This document shows, in pieces, positions 37,360 to 49,247 of a DNA stretch of 64,000 bases. The position numbers and the translations under genes were made by a program. The DNA is from Sphagnum compactum (taxonomy: Eukaryota). Below the pieces are notes generated by a model. That model saw only the letters and a program-made list of their open reading frames with translations, was not told where the DNA came from and ran no database searches. Location of the stretch: positions 29,068,213 through 29,132,212 of the forward strand of contig OZ234493.1 in the NCBI GenBank assembly GCA_965153455.1, given 5' to 3'. Position 1 is the stretch's first letter; each line of letters starts with the position of its first letter.

Positions 37360-40300
37360 AATGAGGCAATGAGTGCTTTAGACTAGTTAAAAGAGAGAGT
37401 AAGCAAGAGGGAGGTAGAATTGAAAAGAAAAAAGGAAAAAAAGAAACAGAGGAAAGAAAATTGCCAAAAGTTAGAGAGGAAATTTTTAGAGCAACTGGAG
37501 CAATCTATATCAAATCACTTGCATCAAGACCACCTCCTAAATTTTGTGAGAACAGTGAGAGTTCTAGAAAAAGCAGAGATGTAGGATAAGAAATTTCGGA
37601 AGCATTGAGGCGTTTTGCTACTATAGGAGAGGGTCTTGAAAAAACTTTAAGGGGCCTTCAAAAGCACATTGTATCATTTGCTCTTACATTCATTATTATC
37701 AGTGATTCTAAGGAAGATTAAGTTGAGGACAGAGCCATAGAGAAAGTAAAACATGTTCAACAACTTGTTGAAGTTAAGTGACTAGCAGCATTTTCATCGA
37801 AACCGGTCGAAGGAGGGTTTTTCAAAGTAAAAGCTAGTTCTCCTGACATACCTCTTATAATACCTACCAAATCTTGCTCCAAATACATGATGAGGCATCG
37901 GGGAAAGGAATAGGTTGAGGAGGGCAGTTCACTTGCCAAGGTTATTCGGAAGTGGGCACCTGCTAAAGCAAAAGAGATACATAAGATGTTTCAATAGATC
38001 TAGATGGGATCCAAAGAGAGGCGGTGGGTAGAGTGAGCTAGTTTAGGAGGTTTTTTTGTTGTTCATTGGACAGTTCCACAATCAAATTTGTTGGAGGGAT
38101 TTTTGCCAACTTGGGAGTTTGCAAAGGATGGACGAATTTGAGCAATTATCAATGGTGAGAGATCAAGCACTAATTGTGAAGCAATTTGGTGTCAATACTG
38201 AGGGTGCAATGGACGCAGCTAATGCACTATTCAAAGAAGCTCAAGTGGCCTTGAAAAATATTGCTAGACCAAATACATTTGTCAATAAGGAACAATGGAG
38301 CATTATTCGGACGAAGGAAGAATATCATGCTAAGTTTGCGGCAATCTTGCAAATCATCTATCAATGTGAAAGGTTAACATATTTCAGCAACCACATTACC
38401 ATTACTTTGAACTTGGCAAAGAAGGGGAAGAAAATCAATTGGTGTTCCATTATGTTGACACAAATGTCCATAAGTTGACTTGGTGGACTGAACATCAAAA
38501 ACATATAGTAGCATGATTAACAACACCAGATAGAAAGGCAATAACTTGTTACTTTGGACCTATGATGGAGGTCTGTTTATGTCATTGGTTTGCTTTCTCA
38601 AAGGAGGATACACCTTTTGATTCTCCAAAACCACCATCAATACATGGAAGAGAGGAAAAAAGACTGATGTGGAGCAATCTAGAGAGGCTTTTTTTGAGGT
38701 TGTGACCAAAGAGCACTTTGTAAGTGAATGACAATTAATACGTTCAGCTAACATATCGCCACAACCAATTCGACAGTCACAACGGGTGAAGGTACAAACT
38801 GAACCATCAACACCCAGGGATCGGTTGAGTCTAGAACCAACCAATTTAGCACCAAAGAAGAAACCTTGTACCCATTAGCAAATTATGGTGATGGAGGGAG
38901 GTGATGAAGGCATGGAAATTGATATCACCACGCAACAAGATGATGAATCAATTAGGACAAAGAGTGACTAGTTCATGGAGGAATGAAGTGAACCTGATTC
39001 TGAATAAGTACTTAATCAAGAACCTTTTATTTGTTTAGAAAACTTCTGCTCCTATAAAATAGGCTAGTAATCCGTTGTTAATAGGTGCAAAAATCGGTTA
39101 AGCCAATTCAGCTTATTCCTATTAGATAAGGTTAAACCTGTTTATATTTTTCTTGAGACATCAGCAACCTATGCCCAACATGAGAGCCTAAAACAAGTTA
39201 CCCTTTTCTTTGAGCAAGCAACCTTAATTGTTCAGATTTGGCTTCAGATAGTAAATAATTTAGTTCATTTGGAATCCAAGTACAACAATGCTAAGAACCT
39301 ATTAGAGTATACAAATAACTAGTTACAAGCTCGTTGTCTAAAATTGGTTAATCACAAACAAGCCTTGCAAAACAGAAATAAGGACTTAACTGTTGTAAAA
39401 GCCCAGCTCCTCAAACAACATGTAAAAAATAAGCATGTGATTGCTAAAGGTGTTTAAGTTGAAAGAACAATGAAAAAAGTTGAAACCCTATAGTTTGAGT
39501 ACAATGAACTAACCCAAGCCCATTTCAAAACATGTAATGACCTTAAGACCCTATAGATTGACTTGGACTGTTAACAAGGGATTATGGTTAAATGGAGGCC
39601 ATTAGTGTACAACGAGAAAAGATTATGTTGGAGCTGGAAAGTACTTGTTTGCAACAAAAGGAGTAGTTGACAGAAGTCAACATTGAGATGGAAAATTGTA
39701 CCCATGAATTTTGGGTACAGATTCAAGAACTAAAGGGCAAATTGGAAACACGTCGCAAATCACCTAGTAAAGCTTTTCAACCTACTTACATGGATGACTA
39801 GTTGAAGGAGTTTGAAGAATTATTTCAAAACAATACCTTGCTCAAGGTGCAGAACCGAACATTGGTTGAAAAAAACCCGAAGTGGAAGGAATGGTAGCAG
39901 ATGGTGTAAGAGATCACTATAAAACATATTCAAGAGAGTCTGGACATTATTCGTATAGATGAAGAGGCATACTTGAATGAATTGGTTGCATACCGGTTAC
40001 ATTTTAAGGTTACAAGTATGACCGACTCACTAACAAATTCATTGAGGTACTTGTTAATGTTTTTCAGAAGAATTCACCTATGCAATCAATTACTATGGCT
40101 ACAAGTTCTCAGAGCAAAGTTGTTTCACCATTGAAGAACTTGAACCCATTATGGGAAAAACAAAGTTAGCTATTGTTCCTTAAACCTTACTTTTACCCAT
40201 AGAACTTATGGAAGTACATGTTGTTATTGTTAGCATTGAGGTGAAAGTCTTGGAAGAACCTATCACTCCAAAACCTGTACCATTAACTTTACTAGAAATT

Positions 40301-40450
40301 GAAGTAGGTGCACATGTTACCTTGATTGATAGTGTTACTCATGCCTCTGAAGTTTTTAGAACTCTAGATATAGTATTGAAGGATACACTTGTTATGGAAA
40401 GACCAGATCCATAGCTGATTCCTTTGAGTGAACCTGTTGATATTACAAGT
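37360..40450 (+). pseudogene. Decayed extra ORF between integrase and the PPT (plant-retroelement accessory protein plus coiled-coil region)
   Basis: Long coding-like fragments, e.g. ORF 38056..38478 ending ILQIIYQCERLTYFSNHITITLNLAKKGKKINWCSIML, followed by E/K/Q/L-rich helical stretches about 39200-39950. Confidence 0.65.
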
Positions 40451-40542
40451 GAATAACATGTTGATGATTTAGCTGCAGGAGTTTAACATGTAGTTTTGGG
40501 TGACTGATTTCGAAGACAAAATCAGATTTCAAGGGGGGGTAA

Positions 40543-41116
40543 TGTTAACCCAGTTTTTCAGTGTATATAGTAACTGGTCTATTTAACCAATAACCAGTAA
40601 GACATTTTGATTAAGGATAATTTAATTTTTTGATTAACATATTCAAAGGATAACTGGTTCGTTACAAGAAACTAGTAACCAAATAGTTGTAGTAACCAGT
40701 TAATTAAGAAAATAGGAAAATTTGAACTTGTGGCTAGTAGCTTGTTGTTTTAATTTTTGAATTGTACTGGCTAGTGATTGTTTAAGTTACAACAACACTA
40801 TGAGTTGGTATAACTAAGAGGATTTGAACAGAGAGAAGAAGAGAAAGTTTTTCCATAGTTTTGTTTGTAATTCTTGGAGAAGTTTTGGATTTCTGAATCA
40901 AGATTGTTGGAAATTCTATTGAACATTCTTTCCTTTTTGTTTTAGAGAATGTTACTTGAGATTGGTCTTCTTGATGCATAAGCAAGAAACTAAAATATTT
41001 CTTATGTTTTTCTAATGTTCAAAACTAGAGCAACTTGTTGATGCAAATCAGTAAACTAGAGCTATAAATTTGAGACAGAAAAGATAAACCACATAGGGCA
41101 GAAAACACCCTTAACA
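40543..41116 (+). repeat. 3' LTR (574 bp)
   Basis: TGTTAACCCAGTTTTTCAGTGTATAT...AAACACCCTTAACA, immediately after the polypurine tract. Confidence 0.9.
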
Positions 41117-41444
41117 TAAGTGTTCTTAGAATGGGATTTATTATGCTTGGAAGAGAGTTTTTCAAATCTTTCAACTTGATAAAGAATGAGTTTTAGAAGT
41201 GGTTAGAGATGCCCTAAATCCTAAACCATTTTGGTTGTTTGTAAAGTTGGATTTCATGGCCGAGCTTCTTGAATAGTAATGACCTCAGAGTGAGGAATAA
41301 CCATACAAAAATCATGGCCACATTGAACCAGCACCCACTGGCGCACCATGAAAGATGAATGGTAAGTGGTTAGGAAACAATTTTTTGTTAGGTTCCAATT
41401 TTTGATGGTTAGCTCAATTTTTTTTAATTTAATTTTACGTATTT

Positions 41445-41660
41445 ATTAACAACCCACAAGCAGGTTGTTAGCAGGTAGGTAGTAAAAATGTCCTTTACCT
41501 ATGGATAAACCATTTACTTACCTAGTAATTACTTATTTTCCTACTTATCTACCTATATATGAGACCTATTTCTTACATAATTGGTTATCAAGGTGAAACC
41601 AAATATTAACTTAGATGAGGTTCATGCACAATTGAGTAATAACGGGCATTGAGTGGATGG
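41445..41660 (+). repeat. Second, longer copy of the dispersed hairpin-headed repeat
   Basis: Colinear with 20485-20620. Confidence 0.75.
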
Positions 41661-42748
41661 TGAGCTTGTAGCTCTCATTTGGTCCCACATTTTGAAAATT
41701 GGTTAGGAAGTACTAAAGTGAATTTTGAGTTCCTTTTTTAATGCCAACTTCATGGACCATTTTGTATTGTAATTGTTGCTGGTTTGAACCATTGTTGGCA
41801 AATAATCAGGAGGTCAATCATCATCAACAAGTGTCCAAGAGGAGGATATATCCATAATCAGTTTGTTGGGTTTGAAATTTGATAAGAATTGGATAAAGAC
41901 TTTACCTATGTGGTATATATTTTCAAAAGACTTGATGAGACCCTTATGGGACGGGTATTGCTTTGATGAAAATAGAAAACTTATATGCATCATTTCATTT
42001 TTCATCCCAAAATGTTCTTGAATGGTTAACATGAATACCTTCGAGTTGCCACATTTCATTTGGTTGCACTTCTTCAATTTTAGTTCCACTTTGAGCTCCC
42101 CTTTTAACTTGAATTTGACTAGCATGGGTTGACAATTATGAGAGTGCACATGGAATGGAGGATTAAAAAAGATTTGGGCATAAGTTTAACATAGAAAAAC
42201 ATACCTTAACATAAAAATAGGTGGGTATTATCAAAATTGTAAGTAGGGATATTGATAATTAGGGTATTGCTTGAACAAGCAAATTGATAATAAGCAAGTC
42301 TTAAAATTGTCTCCCAAATTTTTTTCTATAGTAAAAGGTGGACTTTCCCAACTTTAGAGATTTCATATGGCATGGTAATAAATGAGTTATAAAAGTATGC
42401 ATTCAAACCCAATTTTAGCATGAAAATAAAATCACAAATATATTAGGATTATTTTTTACACATCCCACATGTGGATTGTGAAATAAAAGTCCATAAAACA
42501 TTTTATGGACTATGATCAAGGTTTCTTGTATCATTTCAAAAGTCCATCTCATAATAAAATGGTGGTTTTTTAGTGTCAAATTTTTACATTTGATAGTATG
42601 AATATTATAGGTTGCTTAGATGAGTCCTTTCAACATTTTTCAATCATATCCCAAATTGTGTAGACCTAACTTACATTTAACCCCATAGAAACTACTTTTG
42701 GGACATTAAAAAATGAATTGTATAGTTTGCAACTACTCGGTATAGTAC

Positions 42749-43350
42749 CTATTAGTGTTAGATGCGACTGACTTGTTATGTCAAGTAATGGATGTGAAGT
42801 TTGGAAAGGAATGGAAACCATTACTAGGGGCATTGAGGTGTGGCAGAAGTTTGTAAACCCACGACTTGGAGCTATTTGTGAATTCTTGGAAATGTGTGGT
42901 TCTAGATTTGACATTGGGATTTGGTCTTCAACAACACAACCTAACTTGACCCCTATGATTCAATTTCTGTTGGACGAAGTGTTAGGTGTCAAACCTATTT
43001 TTATATGGGGTGTAGAAAATGTTTTGAGATAGACATTGCCCATATTTTAAATCCAAACCAATAACTAATGTTGAAAAGAATGGATATGGTTTGGGCAGAA
43101 ATTATTCCAAGTTTTAGCCGGCAGTTAGGTCCAATTAATACGTTGTTGATAGATGACGGTTCATTGAGAATACCCCATTCTCTTACATTATGCCTAATCA
43201 GTTTGATAGTGAGGTGGAGGACAATTACTTATTAGAACAATTATGGCCTTACTTGGTTGGCTTGTCTATGGTTCCAAATACCTTAAAGTATGTAGGTTTC
43301 AATCCACATAGGCAGTAACAACTTATTAAAAAAAGCCCACATTAGAATGC
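42749..43350 (+). pseudogene. Frameshifted FCP1/NIF-family HAD-like phosphatase
   Basis: Across frames: LLVLDATDLL, PRLGAICEFLEMCGSRFDIGIWSS, PIFIWG, LMLKRMDMVW, NTLLIDD, LWPYLVGL, YVGFNPHRQ. This is the ordered motif series of plant FCP1-homology HAD proteins. Confidence 0.75.
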
Positions 43351-43980
43351 ATTAAGGGATTTTGCATGGTTTCCTACAACCTAGGTGATTGGCAATAATA
43401 TCTAAAACCTTGAAATTTTGTAATTTAAGCTGTGTATAAATGATGGGCATATAGGAGGCAAATTGTGTGTATTTAATCTTGTCTTTGGGATTTTGCAGAT
43501 GAACAATTCTATAGGAAGTTCAATTCAAGTAGAGGGATCAATTTTGCGAAAAAAATGGTTCAATGCGAGACTTTGTTAATTACAAATGGGTTCAAATGAC
43601 TTTTGCAAAGGAAAAAAAGAAGGAGACAATTGTTATAAATGGAGAAGATATTCGTCCAAATGTATGTTGATCAACATTACCTTGTTTGAATTTTTTAATT
43701 TGATTTTTCATTACAAGGTTTCTTCATTTGCTTCATTTGAAAATACTCATTGGTGTAGCTATGCATTGCCAAATTTTTTTGACAAGGTACTTGTTGTAAG
43801 TAGAGATTTATAATTCATTATTAAAGCCTTAAATATTTTCCATCCCTTTAACACCTGATCTTGGCACTTGTTTTTACATATTGATTTACATTGTGACAAT
43901 GTAATAATGCAATACTTACTTGCCTTGTTGGCATTTGTTTTGTAGTATTGCACAAATGATTGCATTGTCCTATCTTTTAG

Positions 43981-44196
43981 TGTGGCAAGGATATAACACT
44001 TGGAAATTTTGTGAAGTTTGGGGGTGAAGGAGTTGTGTATCATGGTTGTTTTATGTCAAAAATTTTCCTTTTTGTTGCCATAATGAATAACTTATTGAAA
44101 GGTGTTCATTTACCATGTCCTAATTCATCACACGATCCTTCACTTTGTACTGTTCAAGATGCAATAGGGTACGTTGTAATGTGACCTTGGAAACAC
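43981..44196 (+). pseudogene. Tnp1/En-Spm-like (CACTA-associated) C-terminal domain relic
   Basis: ITLGNFVKFGGEGVVYHGCFMSKIFLFVAIMNNLLKGVHLPCPNSSHDPSLCTVQDAIGYVVM*PWK matches the HG...LPxP...T(L/V)xDAxG..WP pattern; TGA sits where W is expected. Confidence 0.55.
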
Positions 44197-44657
44197 ACTA
44201 CTACATGTTTGTACATAGATATAAATTGTTAGTGTAAAACTTACAAGTTACATTGTATGAAACAATGCTTTTTGGACATTATCAAATTGTGGTCAAATTT
44301 AATATATCTAGTTGCAATTAATGTGCAATTAAATTTGGGTGTTGGTTTTGAATGACATGCATGTTTTGTGTGGGAACATGTGAATATAAACTTTCAATGT
44401 ATGTGTGCAATGTCTACATAAAATGTAGGTGTATACATATTATTGTGTAGGATTGAAGTTGCATGTTAATGATCAAAATATTGGTCTAACTAATATTTAA
44501 TCAATAAATATAAACAAATAAGTAATAAACATCTCTTGTAGTGTCTATCTCACAAATTAAAAAATTTAGTCATCACAGTCACAATAGAGATGCATACATG
44601 GCACCCACTTGTAAGCCAATAGGTTAATCACTTTAGTCATATCATGCATAATAAACA

Positions 44658-46049
44658 CCAGTGTGAACCCGGTGCATAATGCACCCGTCGAGCTCCCCCC
44701 GCGCCCGGTCCTTCCCATTGCTCACTCCGGTTCTTCACCTCGTCGACCCCCCCCCCCCGGTCCTTCGCATTTTCCACTCCGATTCTTTAACCCATTGATC
44801 CCCCCCCCTTCACCCATGCGCTTTTTACTGCTGCTGCGCTTTTTATTGCTGCGAACATTTTTCTCTTCGTCGAAAGCTCTCCATCCTACGGTCGTCGACC
44901 GGTGCTCGATCCTGTCTCTTATCTTTTTCCCATCACTTTTCTCTGCGTCCAGTGGTCACAGACAGACGGACAGACTTTCTATCAGCTATGTCGATATTTT
45001 GTTTTTATTTTTAGTTTGAACCCCGTGCCTAATGCACGGGGGGGGGGGGGGGGGGTGGGGAGGGGGATTTTTAATTTTTGATCTATTCCCACTGTGTCCT
45101 TTATATGTTCCAATGGCACCTCAATTAAAATTCCCAAATCATGCTTCTTTTTTGGGGGAGGGAAGCTTATTTAGGCTTCTATGTTGGCGGAGTGCCTCAA
45201 TATGCTCCCTAGGTTCCCAACGTGTTCCCCAAGGGTGTTCCCAATAGCACCTTGCTGTAATCTCATATGTTTTGCCCAAAGTCCTCCCCTTCTCACCTAT
45301 ATAGGTGGGTCAAAGGGGGAGGCACTCCATCTTTCCATAAAATCTTCTATTTTGGGAGCTTCCATAGTTTCAACCTTTTTTTTGCTATGGGCCAATCGAG
45401 TTGTCTCATTGCCAAAAAAAAATGTTGGACTTGTGAGAGGTTAATAGGTACCCCAGTACTTAAGAAGGGGTATATTTGCCAAGGTGAAAATGGTGATGAA
45501 CAATTTTGAAAAGAGAAATTTCATGAAACCAACAGGAAGGCTCAGCTTGCACCCATGAATGTCTAGTTTTTTTCTTTTTAAAGAGGGGGCAAGGGGCATT
45601 TCTTTTTTCCTTTGTTCCTAATGTCCACCCGTCATGTTCCCATGGGGTTCCCACCAAGTTCCCAAATACGTTCACCAAGATGTTCCCAATTGCACCTTGG
45701 TTTTATCCCATATGGCTTTGCCCAAAATTCACATCCTTTGTATATAAACTGAAAAGTAAAGTCTAGGGTAACAGATTTGTTTCTGGTTCCAGAGAGGTGT
45801 TCTATGTGGGCACGTCCAATGTTCCAAAAAGAATTGCTGATGAGCCAATAAATGTTCCAAATGGGGTCACAAATCAACGGGCTGTTGATGTGGGCCGCTA
45901 GCAGGTCCAGTGGACGAGTGTTTGCCCTGGCCGCCTTGCCCTGCCCAACTGCCCTAACTGCCGTCGGTTTCGACGTAATGTTAAAACGCAGAACGTCTTG
46001 TGACACATAGACGGACACACAGACACCACGTTTGCTTTTATATATAAGA
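44658..46049 (-). mobile_element. Non-autonomous composite Helitron
   Basis: Minus strand begins A|TCTTATATATAAAAGCAAACG and ends with hairpin CGGGTGCATTATGCACCGGG then CTGG|T. It is inserted between A and T with no TSD, splitting an AAACATGCCA unit that recurs in the flank. Confidence 0.8.
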
Positions 46050-47129
46050 TGCCATATGGTAGTTAACTATAAGCTAAAATGTTAAACACTTTTGTCATAT
46101 CAAACATGCCATGTGATAGTTAAATATTGGTTAAACAATTTGTTAGCATAGTTATTTTAGTTAGACTAGACAAGCCATGTGGCACATACATATAGGCTAC
46201 TATTTTAGTTACAATAATCATATTAGTCACATCAAACATGCCAAGTGGCACATAATTATGAGATTGTGTTCCCAATATGTCCCCAATAGCACCACACTTT
46301 TGTCCAATACACTTTGCCCAAAGTCCTCCCACTTTCACCTGTATAGGTGGGCCAAAGGATATGTGGGCCAAAGGATATGCACTCCATCTTCCAATAGATG
46401 TTTCTATTTAGGGGAGCCTTCAAAGTTTTTTGGTGGTGGGCCAATCAAAACTGGTCAATGCAATTACAAAAGTTGAATTTGTGAGGCACCTCCATCTAAT
46501 TAATTGAAAACATGAATGTTTGTCTTGGTTAGCCCACAAAGCATATAGGTTTTTGTCAATGTCCACCATAGGCACATGATGAGCAAACTATTTAGAGGAG
46601 TTCCATCCATATTGGGTATTTTAGGCTCAATATTTCTCACATTCATTATTACTTATTCACATTTCAAGGCCCATTCTTAAACTTAAAAGTGAGATTCTAA
46701 AAAATGAGAGATTGTTAATAGCAAAACAAGTGGATTAATTAGATAATTTGGCCAATTAACAACAAGGATATTGTGCCATGGGGATCCATCAAGCAACGTA
46801 ACCAATCCACAGTAAGATTTAGTCTTCCAAAGGACTTTTGCTAGGTAAATCATCTTGTGCAAATTTATTGTCTCAAAATCGAACAAGTTTTTCCTATTCT
46901 ACATGCAAAAAATATAGAAACAACTCCACCCAATATGGTCTTATTTCTCACATAGAACAATGTTGTTCTTCTAGATATGAGAGATAATGATGCAAGCCTA
47001 TATATCCAATATATAGCTGCTCTAACTACAGCCAAAAATAAAATAAAAACCCAAAATTCGATAACGCATTGTTGACTTTTCAATATAGAAAGCATTAGCA
47101 ATTTATCAGTGGTTGTAATCTGGCGCATG

Positions 47130-47500
47130 ACGAAAACCCATAATCTGAAGAAGGGATGACCACTTGTGATTTTTTATAATCGACCTTTGCTACCATTCAT
47201 CTGGACTACTATAGGACTTACATTCTTTATTGGTAATAAACTTTGGAATGTTGATCATTACCACTTGTGATCTGGACCATTAGAACTCACAATCTGAAGA
47301 AAGGACGAACACTTATAATCTAGACCATTAAAACCGATAATCTGCAGAAAGCGTTAATTAAATTTGGAATTTAGAGTATGGAAAACACCCATAATTTGCA
47401 GAAAACACGTTAATTGCAGGTGTAATTTAGACTATGAGACCCATAATCTGCAGAAAGAATTAATTACTTTTTGTAATCTCGACTATGGAGAACCCCAGAA
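47130..47500. repeat. ~50-bp degenerate minisatellite
   Basis: Repeated CCCATAATCTG(A/C)AGAA...TGTAAT(C/T)T.GAC(C/T)AT units. Confidence 0.7.
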
Positions 47501-48062
47501 TTTGAGCCCCATTAAAAAACATTCACACTTTCGTAAAAGGTTGTTATGGCATTACAGGTTCTCCACAGAAAAACGTCTGCAGCAATCTGTAACTGACACA
47601 ACAAGCTTTGGGATGCGGAGGAACCTCCTTCTCTCGCCGGGACCCACTTCTCACGGCGACGTTGTTGTTGCTATTCTAAATACTGGAACTTCTGTCAGTG
47701 AAAGCTGCTGCATAGTGCAGTTGCGCCTCTATAATAAGTAGCAGCATTTCTTGGGAAGTCAAGAGAGTCTGTCAATTAGTAAGTCTGAGATGTTCACTCA
47801 ACAGGTATTTATGCAAGTACCTACGCGCTTATGATCTCTCTTTCTTTCTCCTTCCCTGACAAATTTTCCACAGGGAAGGAAGAGGCCTGTGAGAATGTCT
47901 CCAGGAGAATGCTTACACTAGTCTACTTAGCCGCGTCCTTTCTTAATTCTCTAATGGACTTCTGCCATCCCCTTGATTACTCACAGACTTATGTAAGTGT
48001 ACTTGCACATCTCCCTGCCAAAGATGCTCTCAAAAGCCGCTGTGAATAGTAGTAGTAATTAT

Positions 48063-48756
48063 CAGTGTTGTGCAGTACATCTTTTACCCAGGCATGCCCC
48101 TCGGGTATGTATAGGGTATGTTATTTAATTTAACTTATTTTCTTAAAATCTCAATATACCCTAATGAAGCGCCTATATCAAGGGTATGTAAACTTGAAAA
48201 CTTATACCCTATTCATAATCCTGATATTGCATAAGAAATATTTACAAGTACCCAAAGTTGGCTAAGTTTTGGCATTTGGGTAAAACAATTGAAGTAAATA
48301 TGATGCGAACCCTAAATTTTGTTATTTCTATTTGTTAGATGCCAATTTTTTTTCCTTTGCAATGACCCAATTTGATTGGCCCTATTTTCAAAACTGAATC
48401 TTTAGAAGCTTTCTATGTGAAGATATAACGCCTCCCCCCCCCCCTTTGGCTCAAGAATACAGGGCGAGAAGGGGAGAGATCTGGTGTTGGGCTATATATT
48501 ATTAAAAACCCCAACATTATCAGGGCGGCTCTTAGAATTCATAATTACAATTCTTAAAAACTATCAAAAATTTAAAATAATTCAAATAATTCATCAGAAA
48601 ATTGACGATTCTTTACCAATTCTTTCATGAAAATTGCAGGTTCTTTAAAACTTTTGAAACAACTGGTTTGATTCTGATTTTTTTCAAAAAGAACCAAAAT
48701 ATTTAAAAAATTGGAACTAATCGTTCTTTGAAAATTCAACTAACCGCACAACACTG
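48063..48756. mobile_element. hAT-like non-autonomous element
   Basis: 11-bp TIR CAGTGTTGTGC / GCACAACACTG; decayed 8-bp TSD GTAATTAT/GTAGTAAC (5 of 8 match). Confidence 0.55.
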
Positions 48757-48967
48757 GTAGTAACAGTACTTCATCCAATCATGAAACAACTTGAATGACA
48801 AAGGTTCGAACTTTGGCACTTAAGGTAATGCACAGACACATGCTGGATGGGATAGTCCCTGTCCTGGCCTAACAAACAAGAGATTGTCTACCAATCTGGC
48901 ACTGGAACCTGCAGGGCAGCCCACTGCAACAGCACTTAATGAAGTTATGGTTATTATCAAGTACTAT

Positions 48968-49247
48968 ATGGAATGGTCAAGCCCTGCCCCTTATGTTGCC
49001 TAAGGTGCCAAGCAAGCCCCTTATCACGACCTTGGCAACAGACCCAATATAATGGGCAAGGGCAAGACCATTCCATGACATAAGGTCGGGGGTGGCAGAT
49101 TCTATGATTTTAATTTTTTAATTAAAATTCATGTTCAACAGACACAATTTGCTCACAATGAGGAGTGTATAATCATCACTGGCAGATTATGACAGGTAAT
49201 ATGGTCAAGAAAACAACATAGTCTGGCACCCCAGACAGACCTCAATG
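48968..49247. mobile_element. Hairpin module plus reverse-oriented copy of the same MITE-like repeat
   Basis: ATGGAATGGTC...GACCATTCCAT inverted arms, followed by GACATAAGGTCGGGGGTGGCAGA...CATGTTCAACAG. Confidence 0.7.

Larger units (their letters stand above)
28953..41116 (+). mobile_element. Degenerate full-length Ty3/Gypsy LTR retrotransposon, non-chromovirus type
   Basis: Two homologous LTRs with TGTTAA...AACA ends, PBS-like TTTGGCAACCG at 29233, PPT AAGGGGGGGTAA before 40543, decayed TSD GAGGT/TAAGT, and gag-PR-RT-RH-INT order with many stops and frameshifts. Confidence 0.93.

Noticed and set aside
47364..47741. 125-aa ORF
   Set aside because: The first part overlaps a minisatellite and no domain is recognisable.
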